Shown: positions 50,180 to 61,062 of the stretch, piece by piece | Layout of the letters: each line of letters opens with the position of its first letter | Position numbering within the stretch: position 1 is the first letter of the stretch | Origin: an uncultured Candidatus Rokubacteria bacterium | GTDB lineage: Bacteria > Methylomirabilota > Methylomirabilia > Rokubacteriales > CSP1-6 | Direction: 5' to 3' | Length of the DNA: 64,000 nucleotides | NCBI GenBank assembly: GCA_963754315.1 | Contig: CAVWFS010000001.1 | Coordinates: 1 to 64,000, forward strand | Notes under the pieces: model-generated | Seen by the model: only the letters and a program-made list of their open reading frames with translations | Database searches by the model: none | What the model was told of the DNA's origin: nothing | Position numbers and translations under genes: made by a program

Positions 50180-51247
50180 ATGAGTCTTCCCGTCACAATG
50201 AAGGCGACTGTTCTGGTCGGGCCACACAGGTTCGAGCTCCTGGAACGACCCCTGCCGACGGTGGGCGCCGAGGATGTCCTCGTCCGAGTCCGTGCCTGCG
50301 GGATCTGAGGGACCGACCTGAAGATCGTTCACGAGGGCCTGCCGAAGATGCCGCCGTACGGTGAGTTCATCTTCGGCCACGAGTACGCCGGCGACGTGGT
50401 CGCCGTTGGCGACACGGTGGACGAGCTTCGGGTAGGCGACCGGGTGGTCGTCGAGGCACACATGGGCTGCCGTCGCTGCGAGAACTGCATTCGCGGGCTG
50501 TACACGGCGTGCCTGAACTACGGTAACGGCAAGCGTGGGCACCGCGCCAACGGCTTCACCACCAATGGTGGCTTAGCCGAGTATGCGCTGAACCATATCA
50601 ACACGGTGTACCGGATTCCCGACCGCGTGAGCTACGAGGAGGCTACCGTGGTGATGACGGCGGGAAGCCCCCTCTTCGGTCTCGAGAACGCGGGTGGGTT
50701 CTTCGCTGGCGAAACCGTGGCCGTTCTCGGCCCCGGTCCGATCGGGCTCATGACCATCCAGCTCGCCAAAGCGCTTGGAGCGACGAGGGCGATCCTCACC
50801 GGCACCCGAGAGTCGCGACTGGCCATGGGTCGTCAGCTAGGGGCCGATCTCACCGTGAACAGTCGCGAGGCCGATCCCGTCGGCGCGGTCATGGATTTTA
50901 CCGGCGGCAAGGGAGCCGATCTGGTGGTGGACTGCGCAGGGGCGGACGACACCTTCGATCAGGCCATCAAGATGACGAAGCCTGGGGGTAAGGTGCTCTT
51001 GGTGGCGTTCTATCATGGCCCGGTGACGGCAGATCTGAGCCACGCCGTGCGCCGAAACATCACGATTTACACCGAGCGCGGCGAGGGCGGTACCAGCGTG
51101 GGGCGCTGTCTGGCGCTGCTGGCGGCGGGCCGTATCACGGCCAAGCCGCTGATCACCCACCAGTTCCCGCTGAGCCGCGTCCACGAAGCCTTCAGCGTGC
51201 TCGAAGAACGGGCAGGCGATCCGATAAAAGTGGTTCTGAATCCATGA
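50180..51247 (+). CDS. Zinc-dependent alcohol dehydrogenase (MDR) with in-frame TGA at codon 43 (candidate selenocysteine)
   Basis: GAGGAGG RBS; MKA...VRVRACGI*GTD...GHE...CRRCENC...C, GPGPIG; TGA at 50306-50308 is in frame with the downstream ORF. Confidence 0.85.
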
Positions 51248-51256
51248 ATCCCTAGA

Positions 51257-51474
51257 GCGTCCCCCGAGCGCTGGGGGGTCAAGGGGGGCCCGTCGAGGCC
51301 CCAAAACTCGCGGAGGACCGAGGGGCGCCCGGCTTGGCCGGGGCGTCCCGAGCGCGGGGGGAGGGGGGCCCTGTCGAGGCCCCCAAAAGCTCGCGGAGGA
51401 CCGAGGGGCGCGCACGGCTTGGCCGGGGCGTCCCGAGCGCGGGGGGTCAAGGGGGGCCCTGTCGAGGCCCCCCT
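51257..51474. repeat. About 2.5 tandem copies of the palindromic repeat family between convergent genes
   Basis: Unit CTCGCGGAGGACCGAGGGGCGC..CGGCTTGGCCGGGGCGTCCCGAGCGCGGGGGG..GGGGGGCCCTGTCGAGGCCCCC; related to the reverse complement of the 12.4 kb unit. Confidence 0.9.
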
Positions 51475-51475
51475 T

Positions 51476-52831
51476 TCAAAAGGACCGGATCAGGCGATCG
51501 ACCCGTTCGTCGTGGGACTGAAACGGATCCTTGCAGAGGATAGTCTCGCGTTCAGGGTCGTTGAGCTTCAGATAGACCCAGTCCACCCGGTAGTCTTTGC
51601 CCTTGAGGTTGGCCTGACGGATGAACTCACCGCGCAGGCGGGCGCGCGTCGTCTGTGGAGGCATATGCTTGGCGCGCTCGATGGTCTCGTCGTCGGTGAT
51701 CCGGTCGACCATATCGTTGGCAGCCAGCTTGTAGTAGATCCCGCGGTCCGGGCGAATGTCGTGGTACTGCAGATCGATGAGGCTGATCTTGGGATCCCGC
51801 CACGACAGCCGGTTCTTCTCCATGAACCGGTTGAGGAGATCGCGCTTGATCACCCAATCAAGCTCCCGATTGAGCTGCATGGGGTCGGAAGCCAGCTGCT
51901 CCAGGACATCGGTCCAGCGGGCCAAGACGTCCCGGGTCACCTCGTCGGCGTCGATGCTCGCCACGTAGCGGGTGGCGTACTCCAAGTATTCGAACTGGAG
52001 CTGCAGCGCGGAGATGGCGCGGCCGTCCTTGAGCTTGACCGTTTCGTGGAGGGCGGGATCATGCGAGATGTCCCGGATAGCCTGCACGGGGGACTGCAGA
52101 GAATAGTCCCGGTCGAAGAAGCCATCCTCGATCATGTCGAGGACGAGGGCGGTGGTGCCGATCTTGAGAAAGGTGGCCAGCTCCGACATGTTGGAGTCGC
52201 CCACGATGACGTGCAATCGCCGGTAGCGCTCGGCGTCGGCGTGGGGTTCATCTCGGGTGTTGATGATCGACCGTGATGAGGTGGTCGCTCCCGAGATTTC
52301 CTGACAGATGTGCTGGGCCCGCTGGGAGAGACAGTAGTGGAAGCCGCGGGGGGTCTGGAGCACTTTACCCGCCCCGGCAAAGATCTGGCGGGTGACGAAG
52401 AAGGGAATGAGAGCCTCGGCCAGCCGCTGGAAACTCACGTCGCGGCTCACCAGGTAGTTCTCGTGACAGCCGTAGGAATTGCCAGCCGAGTCCGTGTTGT
52501 TCTTGAAGAGGAGGATGTTGCCGGAGATGCCGTCCTCACGCAGGCGCTTCTCGGCCTGGTGCAGCAGGTCCTCGACGATCCGCTCCCCCGCCTTGTCGTG
52601 GATGACAAGCTCGGCGACGTCGTCGCACTCCGGCGTCGCGTATTCCGGGTGAAAGCCGGTGTCGAGGTAGAGGCGGGCACCATTTTCCAGGAACACGTTG
52701 GCGTTGCGGGCTCCGGGAATGACCTTCTCGAACAGATAGCGAGCAACGTTATCGGGTGAGAGTCGCCGCTGACCGTTCAGGGTGCAGGTGAGGCCGTACT
52801 CATTCTCGAGACCGAAGATTCGCCGCTTCAT
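51476..52831 (-). CDS. pafA: Pup--protein ligase
   Basis: [67 protein letters not shown]. Confidence 0.95.
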   Translation of the reverse strand: MKRRIFGLENEYGLTCTLNGQRRLSPDNVARYLFEKVIPGARNANVFLENGARLYLDTGFHPEYATPECDDVAELVIHDKAGERIVEDLLHQAEKRLREDGISGNILLFKNNTDSAGNSYGCHENYLVSRDVSFQRLAEALIPFFVTRQIFAGAGKVLQTPRGFHYCLSQRAQHICQEISGATTSSRSIINTRDEPHADAERYRRLHVIVGDSNMSELATFLKIGTTALVLDMIEDGFFDRDYSLQSPVQAIRDISHDPALHETVKLKDGRAISALQLQFEYLEYATRYVASIDADEVTRDVLARWTDVLEQLASDPMQLNRELDWVIKRDLLNRFMEKNRLSWRDPKISLIDLQYHDIRPDRGIYYKLAANDMVDRITDDETIERAKHMPPQTTRARLRGEFIRQANLKGKDYRVDWVYLKLNDPERETILCKDPFQSHDERVDRLIRSF

Positions 52832-52854
52832 GGTGGATCTAAGCCTAACACGGT

Positions 52855-53547
52855 CTAGCGCGAGGATGCCAACAGTTGGCTGAGCGCCTCCACGGTGATG
52901 CGGCGAAAGGTGCGCCGGGGCCGCGTGCGATCGAGCACGGCCACTTCGAGGTCCTTCTCACTCAGGGGCTTGTTCTGGGTGACGGTGAGCGCGCGGACGC
53001 CGAGCTGGAGGGCGTCGGCCAGCGGCAGGTTCTCTCGGTAGTTATCGCGCAGAAAGCGTCGGATGTCCTCGGCCTGGCCCCCCATGGCCGCGAAGTTGCG
53101 CTCGTCCTCGATGGTGCCATCGTAGAGGATGTGGTACATCTCGCTGCGCATCCCGTTACCGTGGGCCACCTCGGCCACCAGCACCTCCACCTCGAAGGGC
53201 TTGATGTCCTGAGTAAAGATGTTCCCGAGGGCTTGCGAGTACGCGTTGGCCAGGGCTTTGGCCGTCACGTCGCCACGGCTGTAGGAGTAACCCTTGACGT
53301 CGGCGTGCCGGATGCCCGCGATACGGAGATTCTCGAACTCGTTGTACTTGCCCACCCCGGCGAAGGCAATGCGATCGTAGATCTCCGAGATCTTGTGGAG
53401 CAACGTGGAGGGATTCTCGGCCACAAGCAGGATGCCGTCCTGGTACTCGAGCACGACGATGGACCGGCCACGGGAGATGCCCTTGCGGGCATACTCCGCC
53501 TTGTCTTTCATCATCTGCTCGGGACTCACGTAGTACGGCAGGGGCAT
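52855..53547 (-). CDS. prcA: 20S proteasome alpha subunit
   Basis: [36 protein letters not shown]. Confidence 0.95.
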   Translation of the reverse strand: MPLPYYVSPEQMMKDKAEYARKGISRGRSIVVLEYQDGILLVAENPSTLLHKISEIYDRIAFAGVGKYNEFENLRIAGIRHADVKGYSYSRGDVTAKALANAYSQALGNIFTQDIKPFEVEVLVAEVAHGNGMRSEMYHILYDGTIEDERNFAAMGGQAEDIRRFLRDNYRENLPLADALQLGVRALTVTQNKPLSEKDLEVAVLDRTRPRRTFRRITVEALSQLLASSR

Positions 53548-53551
53548 GCGC

Positions 53552-54358
53552 TCAGGCTCCTCCCTCGAGACGGCGCCGCTCGTTGGTAATCGTGTCGTAG
53601 GTTCGGCGAATGTCGTCTTCAGAGACCTCTTGGAAGCCGGCCAGGGTGATGGTCTTCACGGTCGGGAAGATGCCGCGCACGAGATCGGGGCCGCCCGTCC
53701 CGACATCCTCGTCAGCGGCGTCCCACAAGGCCTCGAGGGCGATTCGCAACCCGTCCTCCTGGGTGGCGTCCCGTCGCCACAGCTTCTTGAGCGAGTCCCG
53801 GGCGTCCTTGGAGCCCGAACCCTGAGCTTCGTAGTTGGTCTCCTCGTAGCGTCCGCCCGTCACGTCGTACTTGAACAATCGGCCCACCCCCGCCTTCTCG
53901 TCGAAGCCAGCAAAGATGGGAACCACCACCAGGCCCTGCATGGCGGCGGGCAGATTCATGCGCACCATCTGGCCTAGACGGTTGGCTTTGCCTTCCAGGG
54001 AGAGGTTTTCTCCCTCGACCTTTTCGTAGTGCTCGAGCTCCGTCTGGAAGAGTTTGGCCATCTCCATCGCGGGGCCGGCCGCCCCCGCGATGCCCACCCC
54101 GGACAGCTCGTCGGACTTGAAGATCTTCTCCATGCGCCGGCTCGCTACCTGGAAACCCGAGGTAGCCTGTCGGTCACCCGCCATGATGACACCGTCCCGG
54201 TAACGGATGGCAAGGACGGTAGTCCCATGCGGGACCTCGACAGCCGCCGCCGCGTACCCCGCGACATCAGGCAGCAGCTGAGGGGCCTGCCGTCTCAACA
54301 CGTCGAGGAAGCTCGAGCTGGCGTAGTCGTGGAAGCGTGAGAGCCAGTGGGGGTCCAT
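53552..54358 (-). CDS. prcB: 20S proteasome beta subunit
   Basis: Propeptide ending PHG|TT (catalytic Thr), AGDR, ELEHYEK.EG, GSGS. Confidence 0.95.
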   Translation of the reverse strand: MDPHWLSRFHDYASSSFLDVLRRQAPQLLPDVAGYAAAAVEVPHGTTVLAIRYRDGVIMAGDRQATSGFQVASRRMEKIFKSDELSGVGIAGAAGPAMEMAKLFQTELEHYEKVEGENLSLEGKANRLGQMVRMNLPAAMQGLVVVPIFAGFDEKAGVGRLFKYDVTGGRYEETNYEAQGSGSKDARDSLKKLWRRDATQEDGLRIALEALWDAADEDVGTGGPDLVRGIFPTVKTITLAGFQEVSEDDIRRTYDTITNERRRLEGGA

Positions 54359-54363
54359 GGCCC

Positions 54364-55860
54364 TCAGGGCGTGGTCTTGGCGGAGATGTTGCGGAGCAAA
54401 GCGCTGGCCGTGGGCGACTCGGTGAGGAGCTGACGCACGTGGGCTTCGGTGCCCCGGAGAGGCTCCAGCATGAAGATCTTCTTGAGGGGACCCTCCTTGA
54501 GGTCGAAGATGACCGAATCCCAGCTGGCAGAGACGATCTCGTCCGAATACCGCTGCAGGCACATCCCCCGGAAGTAGGCGCGGGTATCTTTGGGCGGATC
54601 GTAGATGGCCTTGGAGATCTCGTCGTCGGTGACGAGTCGCTCCACCGCCTCCGCTTCTTCCAACTTGGCGTAGAGCCCTCGCCCGGGCCGGATGTCGTGA
54701 TACTGCAGGTCAATCATCTGCACACGGGAGTCGTTCCAGTCGAGCCCGTGCTTATCCATGTAGGTCTCGAGGAGCTGGCGCTTGATGACCCAGTCCAGCT
54801 CCCGGCCGAGTTGCATGGGATCCTCGGCCAGGCGGTCAAGTACGCGCTCCCAGCGAGCCAACACCTCGCGCACCCACGGCTCCTGCTCGCGGTCGCGATA
54901 GTAGCGGTACGCGAGGGCGAGGAACTCGCGCTGCAGGTCGATGGGACTCAGGCGCCGACCGTCCTTCAGACGGATGGGTTCCCGACACGTCAGGTCCCGC
55001 GATACTGTCCGATAGGCGGCCACCGGACCGTCCAGGGACAGGTCGACGTCGACGAAGTCGTCCTCCACCATGCTGAGCACGATGGCCATTGTGCCCGTCT
55101 TGAGGTAGTTGGACGGTTCCGCCATGTTCGCGTCGCCCACGATGACGTGCAGGCGCCGGTACTTCTCGGGATCGGCGTGCGGCTCGTCACGCGTGTTGAT
55201 GATGGGGCGGGAGTGCATCGTCTCCAACCCCACTTCTGTTTCCAGGAAATCTGCGCGCTGCGAGATCTGGTAGTCGCACGATTCGGTTCCGTTCTCCGCC
55301 CCCACCTTGCCCGCCCCCGTGAAGATCTGACGGGTGACGAAGAACGGCATCATGTGCTGGACGATGCGGGCGAAGGGGACCTTGCGATCCATCAGGTAGT
55401 TCTCGTGCGTCCCGTAGGAATTGCCCTTGCCGTCCGTGTTGTTCTTGTAGATCAGGATGCGCTGCTCGGGGGGCGACACCGCTTCCGCGCGCTGGCGCGC
55501 CAGGTTGAGGATGCGCTCGCCCGCCCGGTCCCAGATGACGAGATCGCGTGGATTGGTCGTCTCCGGACTCGAGTACTCCGGGTGGGCGTGATCGACGTAG
55601 AAGCGCGCCCCGTTGGAGAGAATGAGATTGATGAGGCGCGACTCCTCCTTGGACGGGCCGTCCTTCTCCTCCATGTACTCGAAGCCGCGCGCGTCGCGGA
55701 GCGGGCTCTCCGCCTCGTAGTCCCACCGGATGCGCGAAGACCGGTACGTCTCGTATGAGTTGATCAACAGCAAGGAGGACAGAATCGGGTTGAAATCGGG
55801 CTGATTTCTGACGGTGATCCCGTACTCCGTCTCGATACCCATGACTTTCGGGATGGCCAT
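54364..55860 (-). CDS. dop: Pup deamidase/depupylase
   Basis: [52 protein letters not shown]. Confidence 0.95.
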   Translation of the reverse strand: MAIPKVMGIETEYGITVRNQPDFNPILSSLLLINSYETYRSSRIRWDYEAESPLRDARGFEYMEEKDGPSKEESRLINLILSNGARFYVDHAHPEYSSPETTNPRDLVIWDRAGERILNLARQRAEAVSPPEQRILIYKNNTDGKGNSYGTHENYLMDRKVPFARIVQHMMPFFVTRQIFTGAGKVGAENGTESCDYQISQRADFLETEVGLETMHSRPIINTRDEPHADPEKYRRLHVIVGDANMAEPSNYLKTGTMAIVLSMVEDDFVDVDLSLDGPVAAYRTVSRDLTCREPIRLKDGRRLSPIDLQREFLALAYRYYRDREQEPWVREVLARWERVLDRLAEDPMQLGRELDWVIKRQLLETYMDKHGLDWNDSRVQMIDLQYHDIRPGRGLYAKLEEAEAVERLVTDDEISKAIYDPPKDTRAYFRGMCLQRYSDEIVSASWDSVIFDLKEGPLKKIFMLEPLRGTEAHVRQLLTESPTASALLRNISAKTTP

Positions 55861-55890
55861 GCGCCCCTCGTCTTCCGTCTACAGAAAGGA

Positions 55891-55954
55891 ACCCCCCGGT
55901 TGTCGCGTCGAACGCGAGCCGGGGGGAATTGGGGGGGCGCCGCGCCCCCCCAAT
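55891..55954. repeat. Two adjacent GC-rich hairpins between arc and dop
   Basis: CCCCCCGG...CCGGGGGG and ATTGGGGGGGCG-CCG-CGCCCCCCCAAT. Confidence 0.7.
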
Positions 55955-55955
55955 C

Positions 55956-57773
55956 TCACAGATATTGGCCGGTGTTGACGACCTTTTCCACGCTGCGCTG
56001 CTTTTCCTTCGACTCCCCCATGAGAGGCTTCACGTAGACGATCCGCTCGCCTTTCTTGCCGGCAATCTTGGCCCAGTCGTCGGGGTTGGTGGTATTGGGC
56101 AGGTCTTCGTTCTCCTTGAACTCCTCGCGCACGGCGGTGAGCAGATCGTCGAGCCCCACCCCCTTCACCCCGCTGCCGATGTAGCGCTTGAGGGCCAGCT
56201 TCTTGGCCCGCCGCACGACCGACTCGATCATCGCCCCCGAGGAAAAGTCCTTGAAGTACAGAACTTCCTTGTCCCCGTTGGCGTAGGTGACCTCCAGGAA
56301 GCGGTTCTCCTCCGACAGGGCGTACATCCCCTCCACCGTCGTGGCAATCATGGCCCCGATGGCCCCTTGCACGTCCCCCCCGTGCTCCTTGATCTCTGCC
56401 GCTGCGATCGGAATCTCCCCCGTGAGGTACTTCAGGAAGATGTCGGTGGCGGCCCCCTTGTCGGGCCGCTCGATCTTGATCTTCACGTCCAGCCGCCCCG
56501 GCCGCAGAATGGCCGGGTCGATCAGGTCCTGCCGGTTGGAGGCCCCGATCACGATCACGTTCTTCAGCCCCTCCACCCCGTCGATCTCGGCCAGCAGCTG
56601 GGGCACGATGGTCGTCTCCACGTCCGAGGAGATTCCCGTCCCCCGCGTCCGGAACAGCGCGTCCATCTCGTCGAAGAACACCACCACCGGCACGTCATCG
56701 GCCGCCTTCTCCTTGGCCTTGACGAAGATCTCCCGGATCTTCCGCTCCGTCTCCCCCACGTACTTGTTGAGCAGCTCGGGCCCCTTGATGTTCAGGAAGT
56801 ACCCCTTGATCTTCTCCCCGCGCTTCTCCGAGATCTTCTCGGCCAAGTTGTTGGCCACCGCCTTGGCGATCATCGTCTTGCCGCAGCCGGGCGGCCCGTA
56901 CAGCAACACGCCCTTGGGCGGCGTCAGCTTGTGCTCCTTGTAGTAGTCCGCGTACAGATACGGGAGCTCCACCGCATCCTTGATCGACTCGATCTGCGTA
57001 CTCAACCCCCCGATGTCGTCGTACCCGATGTCGGGCACTTCCTCCAGCGACAGGTCCTCCACCTCGCTCTTGGGCAGCTTCTCCAGCAGGTAGCCCGACT
57101 TGGCGTCCATCAGTAGGTGGTCGCCCACCTTCAGCCGCAAGCTCCGCAGCGGGTCGGCGATGATCCCCACCTTGTCCTCGTCCGCCCGCAACGTCACCAC
57201 GGCCCGCTCCGGGTCCAGCTGCTCCTTGAGAATCACCACCTCACCCTGGATCTCGTACCCTGCCGCCTCCACCACGTTCAGCCCCTCGTTCAGGATCAGC
57301 TCTTGCCCCGGCTTGAGCCCCTCCACCTTGATGGCCGGATGCAGGTTCACCTTCACCTTCCGCCCCTGGGCCAGGATGTTCACCGTGCCGTCCTCGTTTC
57401 CCGACAGGTACACCCCGTACGTCGACGGCGGCGCGCACAGCTTGTCCACTTCCTCCTTCAACGACGTGATCTGCTCCCGCGCCTCATAGAGCGCATTGAC
57501 GAGCTTCTCGTTCTGGTTGAAGGCCTGCACGAGCTGGCGGTTGGCCTCGCGCAGCTTGTTCTCGATGATCATGAATTCTTTGGGGGCTTCCTCGATCTTC
57601 TTGCGGAGGTGAACGGTCTCCCCCTCGAGGGAGCGGACATAGGACTGGAGATCTTGAAGCTGGATCTCGTATTCCGTGAGCCGGCGGCGCATGCTGGCGT
57701 CGGACATGGATGTGGGGAGAAACTTGGAAAGCCCCTCGCGACTCGGGCTACCCTTCTTCTCGAACTCCTTCAT
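55956..57773 (-). CDS. arc: Proteasome-associated AAA ATPase (ARC/Mpa)
   Basis: N-terminal coiled coil, [29 protein letters not shown]-terminal GQYL docking motif. Confidence 0.96.
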   Translation of the reverse strand: MKEFEKKGSPSREGLSKFLPTSMSDASMRRRLTEYEIQLQDLQSYVRSLEGETVHLRKKIEEAPKEFMIIENKLREANRQLVQAFNQNEKLVNALYEAREQITSLKEEVDKLCAPPSTYGVYLSGNEDGTVNILAQGRKVKVNLHPAIKVEGLKPGQELILNEGLNVVEAAGYEIQGEVVILKEQLDPERAVVTLRADEDKVGIIADPLRSLRLKVGDHLLMDAKSGYLLEKLPKSEVEDLSLEEVPDIGYDDIGGLSTQIESIKDAVELPYLYADYYKEHKLTPPKGVLLYGPPGCGKTMIAKAVANNLAEKISEKRGEKIKGYFLNIKGPELLNKYVGETERKIREIFVKAKEKAADDVPVVVFFDEMDALFRTRGTGISSDVETTIVPQLLAEIDGVEGLKNVIVIGASNRQDLIDPAILRPGRLDVKIKIERPDKGAATDIFLKYLTGEIPIAAAEIKEHGGDVQGAIGAMIATTVEGMYALSEENRFLEVTYANGDKEVLYFKDFSSGAMIESVVRRAKKLALKRYIGSGVKGVGLDDLLTAVREEFKENEDLPNTTNPDDWAKIAGKKGERIVYVKPLMGESKEKQRSVEKVVNTGQYL

Positions 57774-57834
57774 AGCCCATCCTCTCTCGTCACTTCCCTG
57801 TGGGCCGCCGTTACGTCGATGCGCTCCTGCTCGA

Positions 57835-57864
57835 AGTATAGGGGGCGAGGAAAAAGAAAGTCAA
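57835..57864 (-). promoter_or_regulatory. Putative sigma70 promoter of the proteasome operon
   Basis: TTGACT-18 bp-TATACT, about 60 bp upstream of the arc ATG. Confidence 0.65.
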
Positions 57865-58065
57865 GGTTGTCAGCCCACGATCTGCTTGAATTGCCGACAC
57901 TTTTTCCTCTTTCCTCCCGACGCCCACGCTCGCGTTCGTCCCCAGAGGGGCCGTGGTACCACTCACGGCCTGTGAATGACCCAGAGCAAGTCCCATTCCC
58001 TGGCGGACACCTCACCTCGTGTGAGCGGAAACGAGTAGCGCGTACTCCAGGTTCCACGTATAACA

Positions 58066-59619
58066 GTGCCGATGTTGCAGGGGCGATCCGGCCTGGTCGC
58101 AGGTCTCGTGCTGCTCGTTATTTTCGCATTCCTGTCCGATTCTGGCGCGCAAACACGCCGCGAGCTGCGGGTCGGTGTGGCTGGCGTTCCCACGAACCTC
58201 GATCCCGGGATCGCCATCTCGGGCGCCGTCCCTCTGATTGCGCGCCAGGTGTTCGATACCTTGGTGACCTACACCCTCACCTCGACGGACATCGAGCCCG
58301 CCCTTGCCACCCGCTGGAGCGTTTCACGAGACGGGCTCACCTGGTCGTTTACCCTCCGCTCCGGCGTCCGCTTTCACGATGGAACTCTGCTCACGGCCGC
58401 GGAGGTGGCGGATAGCTTCGCCCGTCAGCTCAGCCGAGACGGCGGCGTGGCACCTGTGCGTCCGGTGTGGGCTGCGCTCTTGCGGGGGGTTCCGGGTGTC
58501 GTGCGGGAGGTCCGTGCCTCCGATGCCCGAACCATCCAGGTCACCCTGAGTCAGCCCTATGCGCCGCTCCTGACTGTCCTGGCCCACCCGGGCTTCGCGG
58601 TGGTCAAGAGTGGCACCGGGCCCGACGGGGTTCCGCGGCTCCTTGGATCGGGACCGTATCGCGTCAGCGAGGTCGCACCCGGTCGCATGGTGCTCGAGGC
58701 GCAGCCCAACCACTGGTCGGGCGGGCCGCGTACCGAACGGATCGTGTTCATGGACGTCGGGAACGACGAGCGCGCCGAGGCCGATCTCGATGCCCAGACT
58801 CTGGACGCCTGGTTCCCGTCGGGACCGCCCCGGCGCAGCGAGGGCGCTCTCTCGATCCCGGGCCCTCGCGTTGGCTACCTCAGCTTTCAGGCTGATCACG
58901 AGCCGTTTCTGCGCAGGAGGATCAGGCAGGCGGTGGCGGCTGGCCTCGATCCGGCAGCTCTCGGAGCGGTCATGGATCGCGCGGCCATCCCACTGCAGTC
59001 CTTTCTTCCTCCCGGGGTGTGGGCCAGGCGTGAGGGATCACCGATCCTGAGCGGCCACCGGCAGGCGGCCAAGAAGCTCCTGGCCGAGGGCGGGTGGCCC
59101 CGGGGGTACAAGTCCACCCTGGTCGTACGTCCCATCGATGGTGCGCTCAATATTCAGCGAGTCGCGGGGACGATCGTGGCGAATCTCGGTGCTGTCGACA
59201 TCCCGGTGCAAGTGCGGGCCGAGGCCGCGGGGGAGCCACGGGTCCAGATGGCCAGCGGCAGCGCCATGTTACTCGCCGAGGCGGTGGTGCTCGGAGGCGA
59301 TCCTCATTTGTTGCTCTTCCCGCTATCAACGCGAGACGGGCAACGCTCGCCTCGGCGCGAGAGCTATTCCCTCTCACGCAACGCGACGCTCGACGATGTG
59401 CTGATCCGGGCAAGTCAGCTGTCCTTCCGACCCGAGCGTCAGCGTCTCTACCAGCGGGCCCAGGCCATGCTGGCTGAGGAGTTGCCATGGATCCCGATCT
59501 ACGTCCGCTTGGAGTGGGCGGTGCTTCGGCCGGACGTGCGGGGTCTGCGGCTTCACCCGAGCGGCATCCATCGGCTCGATACCGTGTCGGTGGACGGCCG
59601 CGTCACCGGCGCTCGCTAG
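58066..59619 (+). CDS. Family-5 (peptide/nickel-type) solute-binding protein
   Basis: Signal peptide, LDP, PALATRWSVSRDGLTWSFTLRSGVRFHDG, GSGPY. Confidence 0.88.
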   Translation: MPMLQGRSGLVAGLVLLVIFAFLSDSGAQTRRELRVGVAGVPTNLDPGIAISGAVPLIARQVFDTLVTYTLTSTDIEPALATRWSVSRDGLTWSFTLRSGVRFHDGTLLTAAEVADSFARQLSRDGGVAPVRPVWAALLRGVPGVVREVRASDARTIQVTLSQPYAPLLTVLAHPGFAVVKSGTGPDGVPRLLGSGPYRVSEVAPGRMVLEAQPNHWSGGPRTERIVFMDVGNDERAEADLDAQTLDAWFPSGPPRRSEGALSIPGPRVGYLSFQADHEPFLRRRIRQAVAAGLDPAALGAVMDRAAIPLQSFLPPGVWARREGSPILSGHRQAAKKLLAEGGWPRGYKSTLVVRPIDGALNIQRVAGTIVANLGAVDIPVQVRAEAAGEPRVQMASGSAMLLAEAVVLGGDPHLLLFPLSTRDGQRSPRRESYSLSRNATLDDVLIRASQLSFRPERQRLYQRAQAMLAEELPWIPIYVRLEWAVLRPDVRGLRLHPSGIHRLDTVSVDGRVTGAR

Positions 59620-59631
59620 GGTTCAGGGGCC

Positions 59632-61044
59632 GTGGCGGGCCAAATGCGGGCCGAGAGTAGCCCCCTCCGGCCGGTGATCTTGGTCGTTGACGATGATCCG
59701 GGGGTGCGCGAATCCTTCCGGCTGATTCTCGACGACCACTACGACGTGCTCGACGCCGCCGACGGCCGGGGAGCGCTACAGGTCCTGCAGCGCTCCCCGA
59801 TCGATCTCGTCCTTCTCGACATCCGGATGCCCGAGATCGACGGGCTGCAGCTTCTCGCTCAGATCAAGGCGCTCGACGAGCAATTGGAGGTCGTGCTGGT
59901 CACCGCCGTGAAAACAGTGCGCACGGCCGTGGAGGCCATGAAGCTCGGTGCCTTCGACTACCTGACCAAGCCGTTCGACGAGGACGACCTGCTTACGGTC
60001 GTGCGTCGCGCCCTCGAACGGAGGTCGCTGGAGCGCGAAGTCGTGTTTCTCCGGTCCGAGCTGGCCCGTCAGCACGACTTCGACGAGTTGGTGGGCCAGC
60101 ATCCCGAGATGCAGAAGCTGTACCGCTTGATCGGGCAGGTGGCGCGAAATACGGCGACTGTCCTCATCGTGGGTGAAAGCGGGACCGGCAAGGAGATCGT
60201 GGCCCGTGCGATTCACCGCCAAGGCCCTCGGCGTGACCACCCCTTCGTGGCCGTCAACCCCGCCGCCATCCCCGAAACCCTGATCGAATCCGAGCTCTTT
60301 GGTCATGAGAAGGGCGCTTTCACCGGCGCTCATCAGCGCAAGGTCGGCAAGTTCGAGATGGCGGCGGGGGGGACCCTGTTCCTGGACGAGATCGGCACAC
60401 TGAAGCCCGAGTTGCAGGTGAAGCTCCTGCGCGTGCTCCAGGAACGGGAGATCGAGCGGGTCGGGGGGACCCAGGTCGTTCGCGCCGACGTGCGCATCCT
60501 GGCGGCAACCAACAGTGATTTGCGGCGTGCCGTGGCCACCGGCGCGTTCCGTGAGGACCTCTATTACCGACTGAACGTGGTGCGCATCCTGCTGCCTCCC
60601 CTGCGGGAACGGCGCGAAGACATTCCCCATCTGGTCGAGCATTTCGTTCGTCGCTACAATCACCAGTTCAGCAAGCGCATCGAAGGCATTTCACCGGAGG
60701 CGCTCGCCGTCCTCCACCGGTACTCCTGGCCCGGAAACGTCCGAGAACTCCAGAACATCGTCGAGCGCTCGGTGGCGCTGGTTGATGGCGGGATCATTGG
60801 GCCGAGTGATCTTCCCGTCGACTTGTTTCTTCCCGATCTGCGCGACTCGGTGCGTCACGCAGAGACCTTGCCCTTGCGCGAAGCCACCGACGAGTTCGAG
60901 CGCCAGATCGTGACCCGGGTCCTGCAGCGTGTGCGGTGGAATCAGAGTGAGGCGGCGCGTATCCTCGGCTTGCATCGCAACGTGCTGAAGGCCAAGCTCG
61001 CGCGCTGGGGGCTGGCGGGCTCGGGGCGCGAGGAGGCGCAGTGA
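59632..61044 (+). CDS. Sigma54-dependent response regulator (NtrC family)
   Basis: Receiver domain, [22 protein letters not shown], Fis-type HTH. Confidence 0.94.
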   Translation: MAGQMRAESSPLRPVILVVDDDPGVRESFRLILDDHYDVLDAADGRGALQVLQRSPIDLVLLDIRMPEIDGLQLLAQIKALDEQLEVVLVTAVKTVRTAVEAMKLGAFDYLTKPFDEDDLLTVVRRALERRSLEREVVFLRSELARQHDFDELVGQHPEMQKLYRLIGQVARNTATVLIVGESGTGKEIVARAIHRQGPRRDHPFVAVNPAAIPETLIESELFGHEKGAFTGAHQRKVGKFEMAAGGTLFLDEIGTLKPELQVKLLRVLQEREIERVGGTQVVRADVRILAATNSDLRRAVATGAFREDLYYRLNVVRILLPPLRERREDIPHLVEHFVRRYNHQFSKRIEGISPEALAVLHRYSWPGNVRELQNIVERSVALVDGGIIGPSDLPVDLFLPDLRDSVRHAETLPLREATDEFERQIVTRVLQRVRWNQSEAARILGLHRNVLKAKLARWGLAGSGREEAQ

Positions 61045-61045
61045 G

Positions 61046-61062
61046 CCGTGCATAGTGCACGG
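61046..61062. promoter_or_regulatory. Perfect inverted repeat, candidate activator (UAS) site
   Basis: CCGTGCA-TAG-TGCACGG, about 155 bp upstream of the sigma54 motif. Confidence 0.4.

Noticed and set aside
57770..58057. Small ORF upstream of arc as the missing pup
   Set aside because: No Pup-like acidic helix or GGE/GGQ end, and it overlaps the predicted promoter
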